From NCBI GenBank assembly GCA_903837285.1, contig CAILUD010000167.1, positions 19,692-83,691 of the forward strand: a DNA stretch of 64,000 nt. Direction: 5' to 3'. Positions 18,545 to 28,497 of the stretch are shown here, in pieces; within the stretch, counting starts at the first letter, position 1; each line of letters opens with the position of its first letter. The position numbers and the translations under genes are program-made. Below the pieces are notes generated by a model. That model saw only the letters and a program-made list of their open reading frames with translations. It had not been told where the DNA came from and searched no databases. This DNA comes from an uncultured Bacteroidota bacterium (GTDB lineage Bacteria > Bacteroidota > Bacteroidia > Bacteroidales > GWA2-32-17).

Positions 18545-20053
18545 ATGAAAGTTTTTAAAACAAATCAAATTACGTTAATTGATAAATATACAATATCAAA
18601 TGAGCCAATAAAATCCATTGATTTAATGGAGAGGGCTTCAAATGTTATTTCTGAAAAAATATTGGAGATTATTAAAAATGAAAATGAGTTAGTTATAATT
18701 GCCGGACCAGGAAATAACGGTGGTGATGGGTTGGCTATAGCAAGAATATTGTATAAAGCAGGATTAAAAGTAAAAGTTTTTTTGATTGATATTTCTGGAA
18801 AGTTTTCTGAAGATTGTTTAATTAATCTTGAAAGATTAAAATTATGTTCAGAAATAAATGTTTTGAAAATCAAAAATGCTGAAGAAGTATTTTTTAAAAC
18901 TGAAAATGTAATAATTGATGCTCTTTTTGGAAGTGGTCTTGCCAGAAATGTTGATGGTTTAGCATTTGATGTAATACAAAAAATTAATAATTCTGGATGT
19001 AAAGTTGTTTCGATTGATATTCCTTCGGGTTTATTTGGTGAGGATAATTCAAAAAATAATCCAGAGGCTATTGTTAAAGCAAATTATACTTTAAGTCTTC
19101 AATTTCCAAAACTTTCATTCTTCTTTGCAGAAAATAATAAATATACGGGAAAATGGTATGTGCTTCCCATTGGTCTTAATAATGAGGTTATTAATTCTGA
19201 AAAAACGAATTATTTTTTTATTGATAATATATTTGCAAAAAGTATTTTAAAACATCGCGAAACATTTTCTCATAAAGGTAGTTACGGTCATGCTATTTTA
19301 TTTTCGGGAAGTAAAGGAAAGATGGGTGCAGCAATTTTGGCGTCAAGAGCTTGTTTGCGCTCAGGTGTAGGACTTTTAACAACACATGTTCCAAAATGCG
19401 GGTTTGAAATAATGCAGATTGCAGTTCCTGAATCGATTACAAGTATTGATGAAGGAGAGAATAATCTATCCGAAGTGCCTGATATTAACGATTACAAAGC
19501 AATTGGTGTTGGTCCAGGTATAGGAACGAAAGAAGAAACAAAAGATTTCATTAAATTATTATTAGAAAATTGCTCAAAACCATTAGTAATTGATGCAGAT
19601 GGTTTAAATATAATTTCAAAAAATAAAGAGTTGTTGAATTTATTGCCTGTAAACAGTATTTTAACTCCACATCCTAAAGAGTTTGATAGGTTGGCAGGTG
19701 AGTCTGAAACAACTTTTCATCGTCATTTAAAGGCAATGAATTTTGCTGAGAAATATAGTGTCTACATTGTTTTAAAGGGTGCTTATACTCAAGTTATATC
19801 ACCTGATGGAAATTGTTTTTTTAATTCTACTGGTAATCCAGGAATGGCTACTGGAGGAAGTGGAGATGTTTTAACAGGTATTATTCTTTCATTTCTAGCA
19901 CAAGGTTATAGTCCTCTGAATGCTTCTGTTTTAGGAGTTTTTATTCATGGTTTAGCTGGTGATATAGTTGCTGAAGAAAATAGTGAGGAATCTCTAATTG
20001 CCAGTGATTTAATTGAAATGCTTGGAAAAGCATTTAAGCAATTGCAATTATAG
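18545..20053 (+). CDS. nnr: bifunctional NAD(P)H-hydrate repair enzyme (epimerase / ADP-dependent dehydratase)
   Basis: YjeF N-terminal motif GPGNNGGDG and C-terminal kinase-like motif GGSGDVLTG; about 500 aa. Confidence 0.85.
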   Translation: MKVFKTNQITLIDKYTISNEPIKSIDLMERASNVISEKILEIIKNENELVIIAGPGNNGGDGLAIARILYKAGLKVKVFLIDISGKFSEDCLINLERLKLCSEINVLKIKNAEEVFFKTENVIIDALFGSGLARNVDGLAFDVIQKINNSGCKVVSIDIPSGLFGEDNSKNNPEAIVKANYTLSLQFPKLSFFFAENNKYTGKWYVLPIGLNNEVINSEKTNYFFIDNIFAKSILKHRETFSHKGSYGHAILFSGSKGKMGAAILASRACLRSGVGLLTTHVPKCGFEIMQIAVPESITSIDEGENNLSEVPDINDYKAIGVGPGIGTKEETKDFIKLLLENCSKPLVIDADGLNIISKNKELLNLLPVNSILTPHPKEFDRLAGESETTFHRHLKAMNFAEKYSVYIVLKGAYTQVISPDGNCFFNSTGNPGMATGGSGDVLTGIILSFLAQGYSPLNASVLGVFIHGLAGDIVAEENSEESLIASDLIEMLGKAFKQLQL

Positions 20054-20140
20054 AATAAAGTTGTGTATGTAGATGTATTATAGACTTTTTTGATTAAGTT
20101 TTTTTTATTGCTAATATTGCAATATTATTAATGGAATATT

Positions 20141-21088
20141 ATGAGAAATATTTTAGTCACAGGTGGGGCCGGATTTGTAGGAAGCACATTAACTGAATTT
20201 CTGCTTCGCAATCCCGAAAATTTTGTTGTAGTAGTTGATAATTTATCTTCGGGGCATATTAAAAAATTGCCTGCGCCAGCTGAAAATTTAAAATTTATTA
20301 AAGCTGATGTCAATAATCGAAAAGAAATTTCTGAGATTATGATGTCGTGGAGGTTCGATTTTGTTTTTCATTATGCTGCTGTTGTTGGGGTTCAGCATAC
20401 TTTAGAGAATCCAATAATGGTTTTGAACGATGTTTCGGGAATACAAAACATATTAGAATTAAGTAAAAATATAGGTGTTAAAAGAGTTTTTTATAGTTCT
20501 TCTTCAGAGATTTATGGTGAACCTGTTGAATATCCGCAACACGAACTTACCACTCCTTTGAATTCTCGTTTACCTTATGCTATAGTAAAGAATATAGGAG
20601 AAGCATATTTGCGCTCTTATAAACAGGAATTCGATCTTGATTATACGATTTTCCGTTTTTTTAATACTTTCGGGCCAAAACAAAGCAAGAGCTTTGTTAT
20701 CAGTAAATTTCTGGTTCATGCATTTAAAAATGAAGATATCCCGATTTATGGCGATGGAAGTCAAACACGTACATTTTGTTTTGTTGAAGATAATGTAGCT
20801 GCTTGTTTAAATGCTTTTTATAAAAACATTTATGTGAACGATGTTGCTAACATTGGAGGAGAAAATGAAATTACAATTTTAGAATTAGCAAAAACAATAA
20901 TTGAAGTTACGGGTTCATCTTCAAAAATTATTCACTTGCCACCATTAACTGAAGGAGATATGCGTGGTCGTCGCCCAGATATTACAAAAATGAAAGCATT
21001 AATTGATAAACCACTTTTAACTTTAAAAGAAGGATTAATTAAAGTTTTAGAAAGAGGGCTTTTCGAGTTAAATAATTTACCTGATTAA
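20141..21088 (+). CDS. NAD-dependent nucleotide-sugar epimerase/dehydratase (UDP-glucuronate decarboxylase-like SDR)
   Basis: Rossmann motif VTGGAGFVGS and a YxxxK catalytic pair (YAIVK). Confidence 0.75.
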   Translation: MRNILVTGGAGFVGSTLTEFLLRNPENFVVVVDNLSSGHIKKLPAPAENLKFIKADVNNRKEISEIMMSWRFDFVFHYAAVVGVQHTLENPIMVLNDVSGIQNILELSKNIGVKRVFYSSSSEIYGEPVEYPQHELTTPLNSRLPYAIVKNIGEAYLRSYKQEFDLDYTIFRFFNTFGPKQSKSFVISKFLVHAFKNEDIPIYGDGSQTRTFCFVEDNVAACLNAFYKNIYVNDVANIGGENEITILELAKTIIEVTGSSSKIIHLPPLTEGDMRGRRPDITKMKALIDKPLLTLKEGLIKVLERGLFELNNLPD

Positions 21089-21101
21089 TAAGTTTCTCTT
21101 C

Positions 21102-22076
21102 ATGTATCCATATAAAGAACTTCAAAATATTATCAATAATGAAATTGAACAATTAAATTTCAATATTGAACCATTTGAGCTTTATAAACCTATAGAATAT
21201 GTATTGTCTGGTAAGGGAAAAAGACTTAGACCTGTACTTGCTTTAATTGCGTGCAATTTGTTTTCTGATGAAATAAATGAAGCTATTAATCCTGCTATTG
21301 GATTAGAAGTATTTCATAATTTCACATTGTTACACGATGATATAATGGATAAGGCTGACATTAGAAGAAATATGCCTACAGTTCACAAAAAGTGGAATGA
21401 TAATACAGCTATCCTATCTGGTGATGCAATGATGATAAAAGCTTATGAATTTTTCTTTTTTTTAAAGCCAGAAATATTGTCAAAAGTACTTCCGGTTTTC
21501 AACAAAACTGCTTTGCAGGTTTGCGAGGGTCAGCAATTCGATATGGAATTTGAAACCCGAATAAATGTTACTGCTGAAGAATATTTGCAAATGATTACTT
21601 TAAAAACGGCAGTGCTTTTAGCTGCTTCTTTAAAGATTGGTGCTATAATAGGCGGAGCAAGTGAGAAGGATGCCAATTTACTGTATGATTTCGGAATTAA
21701 TCTAGGTATTGCTTTTCAACTTCAGGATGATTATTTAGATGTTTATGGTGATGTTAAAACATTCGGCAAACAAATAGGTGGTGATATAGTTTCTAATAAA
21801 AAAACTTATATGCTTATTTCTGCTATGGAAAAAGCAAATTATGAAGATAAAAAACAATTATTTGAATTAATTAATTCAACTGATATAGAAAATTCAAGAA
21901 AAATTAAAGAAGTTACTGAGATATATAACCAGTTAAATATTCCTTTAATTTTAAAAAATAAATTAGAGTATTTTCATAATTTAGCATTAATTAATCTTAA
22001 GCAAATAGCAGTTAAAGATGAGAGTAAAAACATTCTTTCACAGCTATCAAAAGAGCTTATAATTAGAGAACAATAA
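21102..22076 (+). CDS. polyprenyl diphosphate synthase (trans-isoprenyl, chain length not assignable)
   Basis: First and second Asp-rich motifs LLHDDIMD and QLQDDYLD. Confidence 0.85.
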   Translation: MYPYKELQNIINNEIEQLNFNIEPFELYKPIEYVLSGKGKRLRPVLALIACNLFSDEINEAINPAIGLEVFHNFTLLHDDIMDKADIRRNMPTVHKKWNDNTAILSGDAMMIKAYEFFFFLKPEILSKVLPVFNKTALQVCEGQQFDMEFETRINVTAEEYLQMITLKTAVLLAASLKIGAIIGGASEKDANLLYDFGINLGIAFQLQDDYLDVYGDVKTFGKQIGGDIVSNKKTYMLISAMEKANYEDKKQLFELINSTDIENSRKIKEVTEIYNQLNIPLILKNKLEYFHNLALINLKQIAVKDESKNILSQLSKELIIREQ

Positions 22077-22082
22077 TTTCTG

Positions 22083-22664
22083 CTATTTCCTTATTATTTC
22101 AATTTCGCCACCTAAACCAAGTTTAATTACTGAACTGGGCTGAGATTTTGTTGTATTTTCCTGATTATATGTTATAACATAATCAACAGTTTCTATTAAT
22201 TCCTCAGAAATTTCATGAAAAATTAATGGTGTTGGTTCTCCGGAATAGTTTGCAGAAGTGGAAACTAATGGTTTTCTATATCTTGAAATTAGTGCATTGC
22301 AGAAATCATCTTTGCAAACTCTAATGGCAATACTACCATCTGCAGCAATTAAATTTTGCGCAAGATTTTTTGCTCCGGGATAAACAATGGTTAAAGGTTT
22401 ATCTGCAACTTCTAATAATTCCCATGCAATTTCCGGAACTTCTTTTACATATTGTTGAATAGCAACATCGGTTGCTACTAAAACTATCATCGACAAATTA
22501 AGTGGTCGTTTTTTTATTTCAAAAAGTTTTTCAACTGCTTTGGCATTTGTAGCATCGCAGCTTAAACCCCATACTGTATCTGTAGGGCAGAGAATTACAC
22601 CGCCAGATTTTAATACTTCAATAGCTTTATTTAAATCTAAAGAAAAATCAGAAGAGTTGTTCAT
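22083..22664 (-). CDS. tsaC: L-threonylcarbamoyladenylate synthase (TsaC/YrdC family)
   Basis: YrdC-domain motifs PTDTVWGL and STSANYSG; about 190 aa. Confidence 0.8.
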   Translation of the reverse strand: MNNSSDFSLDLNKAIEVLKSGGVILCPTDTVWGLSCDATNAKAVEKLFEIKKRPLNLSMIVLVATDVAIQQYVKEVPEIAWELLEVADKPLTIVYPGAKNLAQNLIAADGSIAIRVCKDDFCNALISRYRKPLVSTSANYSGEPTPLIFHEISEELIETVDYVITYNQENTTKSQPSSVIKLGLGGEIEIIRK

Positions 22665-23766
22665 ATGTAGTCATTAAATTTTTTGCAACTTGTTCTTCGG
22701 TAAATTTTAAAGCATGTTTTCTTCCTTCAACTATCATGTTTACTCGCAAATCTTTATTTGATAGCACTTTGTTAATTCCTTCGGCAATACTATCAATTTT
22801 GTATGGATTAACATAAACAGAATGCTCACCACCAGCTTCTTCAAGGCAACTTCCTTCGCTAGTTATTACTGGTGTTCCAGATGCCAATGATTCAAGAACC
22901 GGTATCCCAAATCCTTCAAAAAATGAAGGATAAATAAACGTTTTTGCACATTGGTAAAAAGCAGGCAAATCTGTATTTGAAAGGTTATCAATAAAAATAA
23001 TTTTATTTTCTAAATTGTTAGAGATAATGTAATTATTAACTTTATCAAAATATGCAGTTTTTCTTCCAATAACAATTAATGGGATATCAATTTTGTTTTT
23101 GTGTAAAGCTTCAACAATTCCTAAAAGATTTTTTCGCGCTTCAATTGTACCTATGTATAATAAATATTCCGAAGGTAGTTTATATTTATTTTTTACAGTT
23201 GTTTTTTCTTTGTCGTCAAGTAGTTTGTAAAAGAGAGGATTACAACCCTGATAAACAACTTTGATTTTATCCGAATCTATTTTGTAAAATTCTTCAATGT
23301 CGTTTGCAGTTTGTTTGCTAACTGCGATAACAATGTCTGCAACTTCTGCAGCATATTTAAATTTTCTGTCGTATATTTTTCTGTCGGCAGGTTTATACAT
23401 TTCGGGAAATCGCTTAAAAATTAAATCGTGAATTGTCACCACTTTTTTTATGTTAACGCTTTTAATCCCAAATGGTAATTCGTTGCTTAGGCCATGATAT
23501 ATATCTGCTTTCTCGCTTGCAATCTGATAGTTCATCAAATAACTTCGCCAGTATGATTTAAATAATTGTCCGGTAAAAGATTGAGGAGTTATAATTTTAC
23601 AATTTTCAGCAATGTCAAATTTTATTTTTTTAGCAATTGATGGAGTATAAAGCAAATATTCGTTTGATGGAAAAAATGTAGAAAGCTGTCGGATAGTATT
23701 TCGGCTATAATTTCCTAAACCAGTATTATTATAAAATGCCCTTTTGGCATCAAAAGCTATTTTCAT
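22648..23766 (-). CDS. glycosyltransferase family 4 (GT-B, GT1/GT4 type)
   Basis: C-terminal EX7E-type region PSFFEGFGIPVLESLASGTPVI. Confidence 0.8.
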   Translation of the reverse strand: MKIAFDAKRAFYNNTGLGNYSRNTIRQLSTFFPSNEYLLYTPSIAKKIKFDIAENCKIITPQSFTGQLFKSYWRSYLMNYQIASEKADIYHGLSNELPFGIKSVNIKKVVTIHDLIFKRFPEMYKPADRKIYDRKFKYAAEVADIVIAVSKQTANDIEEFYKIDSDKIKVVYQGCNPLFYKLLDDKEKTTVKNKYKLPSEYLLYIGTIEARKNLLGIVEALHKNKIDIPLIVIGRKTAYFDKVNNYIISNNLENKIIFIDNLSNTDLPAFYQCAKTFIYPSFFEGFGIPVLESLASGTPVITSEGSCLEEAGGEHSVYVNPYKIDSIAEGINKVLSNKDLRVNMIVEGRKHALKFTEEQVAKNLMTTYEQLF

Positions 23767-23775
23767 AAATTTGTT

Positions 23776-24582
23776 TTAAACAGGAACATTAAATTCGCGA
23801 AGGGCGTCGTTTAACGAAGTTTTTAAATTTGTACTTTCTTTTCGTTTACCAATAATTAATGCACAAGGAACCTGAAACTCTCCGGCAGGAAATTGTTTTG
23901 TGTAACTTCCAGGAATCACAACTGATCGTTCGGGAATATATCCTTTATATTCATATTTTTCTTTGTTAGAAACATCAATTATTTTAGTGCTCTGTGTTAG
24001 CACAACATTTGCACCTAAAACAGCTTCTTTGCAAACACGAACTCCTTCAACAACAATACATCTTGAGCCAATAAAACAATTGTCTTCAACAATTACAGGT
24101 GCTGCTTGAACAGGTTCTAAAACTCCGCCAATTCCTACTCCGCCGCTTAAGTGTACATGTTTTCCGATTTGTGCGCAAGAACCAACTGTTGCCCAGGTAT
24201 CAATCATGGTTTCTTCGTCAACGTACGCTCCTATATTTACATAACTAGGCATTAAAATTACACCCTTGGCAAGATAACTTCCATATCGGGCCAGTCCATG
24301 TGGAACAACCCTTACTCCAAGTTCTTTAAAGTTATTTTTTAAAGGAATTTTATCATAAAAAGTAAATGGAGAAACTTCAATTAATTCCATTTTCTGAATA
24401 GGAAAATATAAAATTACCGCTTTTTTTATCCACTCATTTACAATCCATTCCGAACCTTTAGGCTCAGCAACTCTAAATATTCCTTTATCTAAATTATCAA
24501 TAACTAATCTAATGGCAGCCTGAACATCAGAATTTGAGAGCAGTTCGCGGTTTTCCCAGGCTTTTTCTATAATTTCTCTCAT
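23776..24582 (-). CDS. dapD: 2,3,4,5-tetrahydropyridine-2,6-dicarboxylate N-succinyltransferase
   Basis: Left-handed beta-helix hexapeptide repeats and a family-typical N-terminus (IIEKAWENRELL). The track opens at TTG 24609; ATG 24582, preceded by an A10 leader, is preferred. Confidence 0.8.
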   Translation of the reverse strand: MREIIEKAWENRELLSNSDVQAAIRLVIDNLDKGIFRVAEPKGSEWIVNEWIKKAVILYFPIQKMELIEVSPFTFYDKIPLKNNFKELGVRVVPHGLARYGSYLAKGVILMPSYVNIGAYVDEETMIDTWATVGSCAQIGKHVHLSGGVGIGGVLEPVQAAPVIVEDNCFIGSRCIVVEGVRVCKEAVLGANVVLTQSTKIIDVSNKEKYEYKGYIPERSVVIPGSYTKQFPAGEFQVPCALIIGKRKESTNLKTSLNDALREFNVPV

Positions 24583-24671
24583 GTTTTTTTTTTCAAAGAT
24601 AAAAAACAATTACGAATGACTAATTATGAATGTAATAATTACAATTTATTTTATAAACTAGTTCATTAAAT

Positions 24672-24679
24672 TATCTTTG
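24672..24679 (+). promoter_or_regulatory. candidate -7 box TATCTTTG upstream of rsgA
   Basis: Matches TAnnTTTG, 16 nt before ATG 24695. No clear -33 element. Confidence 0.3.
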
Positions 24680-24694
24680 TTGAAATTTTAATAA

Positions 24695-25621
24695 ATGCTA
24701 GGTTTAGTTTTTAAATCAACTGGAAGTTTGTTTTTAGTTAGAACCATTAATGGTAAGACTATTCCTTGTAATATTCGTGGGAAATTAAGACTTACTGTTT
24801 CAAAAAGTACTAATCCTGTTGTGGTTGGCGACTGGGTTGAAATAGAAGTTGAAGAAGACGGAACTCATGGAAATATTACAGAAGTAAAAGACAGACGAAA
24901 TTATATAGTTAGAAAATCAGTAAATCTGGCAAGACAAAATCACGTTATTGCAGCAAATTTAGATCAAACTTGTTTAATTGTAACTTTAATTAACCCAGTT
25001 ACAAACACAGAGTTTATTGACAGGTATTTATGTACGGCAGAAGCATATAGAATACCTGTGGTTATTGTTTTTAATAAGATTGATTTATATGATGAAGCAT
25101 TACTTTTATATTTAAATGAGTTAACAACTATCTATAATAAAATAGGTTATAAATGTTTGCCTGTTTCTGCAAAAAATAATATTGGAATAGACGAATTGAA
25201 ACAACTTTTGACTAAAAAGGTGAGTCTTATTTCTGGAAACTCGGGAGTGGGTAAATCAACTTTGATAAATACCTTGGAGCCCGATTTAGATTTGAAAGTG
25301 GCAGAAATATCAAATTATCATTTAAAAGGAAAACATACAACTACTTTTAGCGAAATGTTTGAGTTACCTGAGGGTGGTTTTATTATTGACACTCCTGGTA
25401 TTAAAGGTTTTGGTTTAATAAATATTAAAAATGATGAGTTGTTCCATTATTATAGGGAAATGTTTGTTTTAAATCAAAAGTGCCAGTATTACAATTGCAC
25501 ACATACTCATGAGCCAAATTGTGCTGTGAAAACTGCAGTATCTACAGGCCAAATAGCTGAATCGAGATACAAAAGTTACTTAAATATTTTACTAGACGAA
25601 AATGAAAAACATAGAACGTAA
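24695..25621 (+). CDS. rsgA: ribosome small-subunit-dependent GTPase A
   Basis: Circularly permuted GTPase with NKIDL before GNSGVGKSTLIN, and a C-terminal zinc cluster CQYYNCTHTHEPNC. Confidence 0.9.
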   Translation: MLGLVFKSTGSLFLVRTINGKTIPCNIRGKLRLTVSKSTNPVVVGDWVEIEVEEDGTHGNITEVKDRRNYIVRKSVNLARQNHVIAANLDQTCLIVTLINPVTNTEFIDRYLCTAEAYRIPVVIVFNKIDLYDEALLLYLNELTTIYNKIGYKCLPVSAKNNIGIDELKQLLTKKVSLISGNSGVGKSTLINTLEPDLDLKVAEISNYHLKGKHTTTFSEMFELPEGGFIIDTPGIKGFGLINIKNDELFHYYREMFVLNQKCQYYNCTHTHEPNCAVKTAVSTGQIAESRYKSYLNILLDENEKHRT

Positions 25622-25679
25622 TTTTACTTGTTTTTTTTATGATATTTTTTTTTAGTTTTGTTGTCGCAAATAGACTAAA

Positions 25680-26759
25680 ATGATTAATAACGAGATTTAT
25701 AATATTTTTTTAAGTTTTTTTACTGCTTTTGCAATTACTTTTCTCGCTATTCCTGTAATTATTAAAGTTGCAAAAGAAAAACATTTGTTTGATTTTCCTG
25801 ATGAACGAAAAGTTCATTCAAGTAAAATACCTACTCTTGGAGGAATTGGAATCTTTTTAGGTTTTTTGTTTGCAATGACTTTCTGGACAAGATTTATTGA
25901 ATGCTGGCATTTGCAATATTTAACAGCATCATTAATAATTATCTCTTTTTTAGGAATAAAAGATGATTTAATTGGTTTGTCGGCTTTTAAAAAAGCTGTA
26001 GGTCAGGTGTTTGCTGCGCTTATTTTGGTGATATGGGGAGATTTAAGAATTGAATCATTCTATAATATTTTTGGAGTTCAAGAATTGCCTTATATGATTT
26101 CTGTACTATTTACAACCTTTACAATAATAGTAATTATTAATGCATATAATTTAATTGATGGCATTGATGGTCTGGCAGCTTCGCTTGGTTTAGTCGCTTC
26201 TGTAACTTTTGGGGTATTGTTTTTTATGACTGGAAAAAATTATCAGCAGTCTATTTTGGCTTTTTCTTTAGCAGGAGGATTGTTAGGTTTCTTAAAGTTT
26301 AATATTACTCCAGCAAAAATTTTTATGGGCGATACTGGTTCTATGGTAGTAGGATTTATTGTGGCTTTTTTAGCTTTGGAATTTATTGAAATTAAAGATT
26401 TTGCTGGAAATAGTTGGCTAGCTGTTGGTGCTGCTCCTCTTATTTCAATGTCGTTAATTTTTGTACCATTGTACGATTTAGCCAGAGTTTTTGGAATAAG
26501 ATTATGGAATAAAAGGTCGCCATTCAGAGCCGATCAGAATCATTTACACCATATGCTTCTAAAATTAGGATTCTCACATATGTATTCTACTTTTATAATG
26601 ACACTATTTGCTTCTTTGCTAATTTTGTTAGCATTAATGTTTGAACGCTTGGGCAATTATTGGATAGGTGCAATTTTACTTTCTACTTGTCTATTGTTTA
26701 CATATATATTGTGGGGCTTAGTTAAAAAACGGGGCGCAAAACAAATAAATGGAAAATGA
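25680..26759 (+). CDS. MraY/WecA-family polyprenyl-phosphate N-acetylhexosamine-1-phosphate transferase
   Basis: Polytopic membrane protein with NAYNLIDGIDGLA and MGDTGS motifs. Confidence 0.8.
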   Translation: MINNEIYNIFLSFFTAFAITFLAIPVIIKVAKEKHLFDFPDERKVHSSKIPTLGGIGIFLGFLFAMTFWTRFIECWHLQYLTASLIIISFLGIKDDLIGLSAFKKAVGQVFAALILVIWGDLRIESFYNIFGVQELPYMISVLFTTFTIIVIINAYNLIDGIDGLAASLGLVASVTFGVLFFMTGKNYQQSILAFSLAGGLLGFLKFNITPAKIFMGDTGSMVVGFIVAFLALEFIEIKDFAGNSWLAVGAAPLISMSLIFVPLYDLARVFGIRLWNKRSPFRADQNHLHHMLLKLGFSHMYSTFIMTLFASLLILLALMFERLGNYWIGAILLSTCLLFTYILWGLVKKRGAKQINGK

Positions 26760-28339
26760 GGTTTATTGCCTTATTAATACTTATTCAACTTCCTCTTATT
26801 TTCTTTGGGCAGCAGAATAGTTTCTTGCTTACTACATCTGAAAAATTTATTATTGACTCTTATACTCAAAAAAATGATGGTTTTTTTCATACCTCATTTA
26901 AACCTATTGTAAAATCTACAATTGAAGGATATACCGAAATTGAGAAACTAATTTACCGAACAGGAAGTGATAGTGCTTTTATTGCAAGAAAAAAACATCC
27001 GTGGTTTTGGAAAAAACTATTAGTTGAAAGTCTTGTTGAAATTAAAAAGGATAAATTTAATCTTAGAATTGATCCATTGTTAAATGTTGAATATGGCAAA
27101 GATAGTATAGGCAGAATGACTGTCAATTCAAGAGGACTTGTTATTTATGGCGATTTAAATGAAAAATTTTCTTTTACTACTGGAATTTTAGAAACTCAAA
27201 CATTTCCTGAAAAATATATTTCAAATTATATAAGAACAAATGGCGTTGCACCGGGGCAGGGCAGGGTAAAGAATTTTAAAGATACTGGTTACGATTATTC
27301 TTATTCATTTGGAAATATTTCATATAGTCCATCTAAACATTTTAATTTCCAGTTTGGACATGGTAAACAGTTTTTAGGCGACGGGTATCGATCTCTTTTG
27401 TTAAGTGATGTGCCTTTTAATTATCCTTATCTTCGTGTTACAACAACGTTCAAGCGATTTCAATACATAAATTTGTGGACAGCATTTCAGGAAGTAAAAC
27501 CATATGATACAAGAAATCTTGTTTATCAAAGAAAACATGGTTCCTTTTCTTATTTAAGTTATTTGCCATCTAAAAAAATTGAGTTAGGATTATTTGAAGC
27601 AATAATGTTTCAATCAACCGATACAAATTCTAATAATATTCTTCCAATTGATTTTGCTAACCCCCTAATTGGTGTTAGAGCCATGCAGTATGGTTTACGT
27701 TACAAACATAATGCCCTAATAGGTTTTACCGCAAAAGTCAATATTTTAAAACAAATTACAGCGTATGGGCAATTTGTTTTGGATGACAGGAAACGAAAAG
27801 GCGAATCGGGTGCTTTTAGAAAAAGGAATGGCTATCAGATTGGATTGAAATTTTTAGAGCCTTTGAAAATTAAAAATCTTTTTATTCTAACAGAATATAA
27901 TTGGGTTAATCCTTTTACATATTTTTCAACAACCCAGCATCAGAATTATACAGCTTTTAACGAACCTCTATCACATCCTCTAACTGAAAATTTTGAAGAA
28001 ATGCTGGCTATTTTAAGATATAATTATAAAGATGTTTTTATTCAGATAAAATATACACATGCAAGACCTATTGCTAGCTTTACAACAATACATTCGATTT
28101 TTAATACACCTGATGAATCGCAGAGTAATTCATTAAATATAATTTCCAAGCAGGTAACTAATAATTTAAATATTGAAGCCGGAATGATGATTAATCCAAA
28201 ATCCAGATTGCAAATTGTAGCTGGAATTCATATTAGAAAATCCAAACCACCTTGGTATGTAAGTGATAATATTTCAATAAGCAATTATGTTTACTTTGCT
28301 ATACGAACTCCAATCTCAAATTTATACCACGATTTTTAA
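26756..28339 (+). CDS. putative outer-membrane beta-barrel protein (function unknown)
   Basis: Signal peptide, alternating-hydrophobic pattern, and a C-terminal aromatic residue (...SNLYHDF). Start overlaps the wecA-like stop (ATGA). A capsule-assembly or gliding-related family is possible but cannot be verified here. Confidence 0.4.
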   Translation: MRFIALLILIQLPLIFFGQQNSFLLTTSEKFIIDSYTQKNDGFFHTSFKPIVKSTIEGYTEIEKLIYRTGSDSAFIARKKHPWFWKKLLVESLVEIKKDKFNLRIDPLLNVEYGKDSIGRMTVNSRGLVIYGDLNEKFSFTTGILETQTFPEKYISNYIRTNGVAPGQGRVKNFKDTGYDYSYSFGNISYSPSKHFNFQFGHGKQFLGDGYRSLLLSDVPFNYPYLRVTTTFKRFQYINLWTAFQEVKPYDTRNLVYQRKHGSFSYLSYLPSKKIELGLFEAIMFQSTDTNSNNILPIDFANPLIGVRAMQYGLRYKHNALIGFTAKVNILKQITAYGQFVLDDRKRKGESGAFRKRNGYQIGLKFLEPLKIKNLFILTEYNWVNPFTYFSTTQHQNYTAFNEPLSHPLTENFEEMLAILRYNYKDVFIQIKYTHARPIASFTTIHSIFNTPDESQSNSLNIISKQVTNNLNIEAGMMINPKSRLQIVAGIHIRKSKPPWYVSDNISISNYVYFAIRTPISNLYHDF

Positions 28340-28497
28340 CATTTTATTTATCTGTTCCCATTGTTCGAGCCCTCATGAACAATTAAAGTATAATTTATTT
28401 TTAATTTTTCGCTATTCACAATCGTTTGTAAATAACTCTCGACAACATAAAAGCTTTATTCCTTCGTTTTTAAATAAATTGCATTAGTTTTTATGCT

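Noticed and set aside
28287-28487. 66-aa ORF spanning the outer-membrane-protein gene end and the following intergenic region
   Set aside because: It overlaps a supported gene out of frame, continues through AT-rich non-coding sequence, and resembles nothing.
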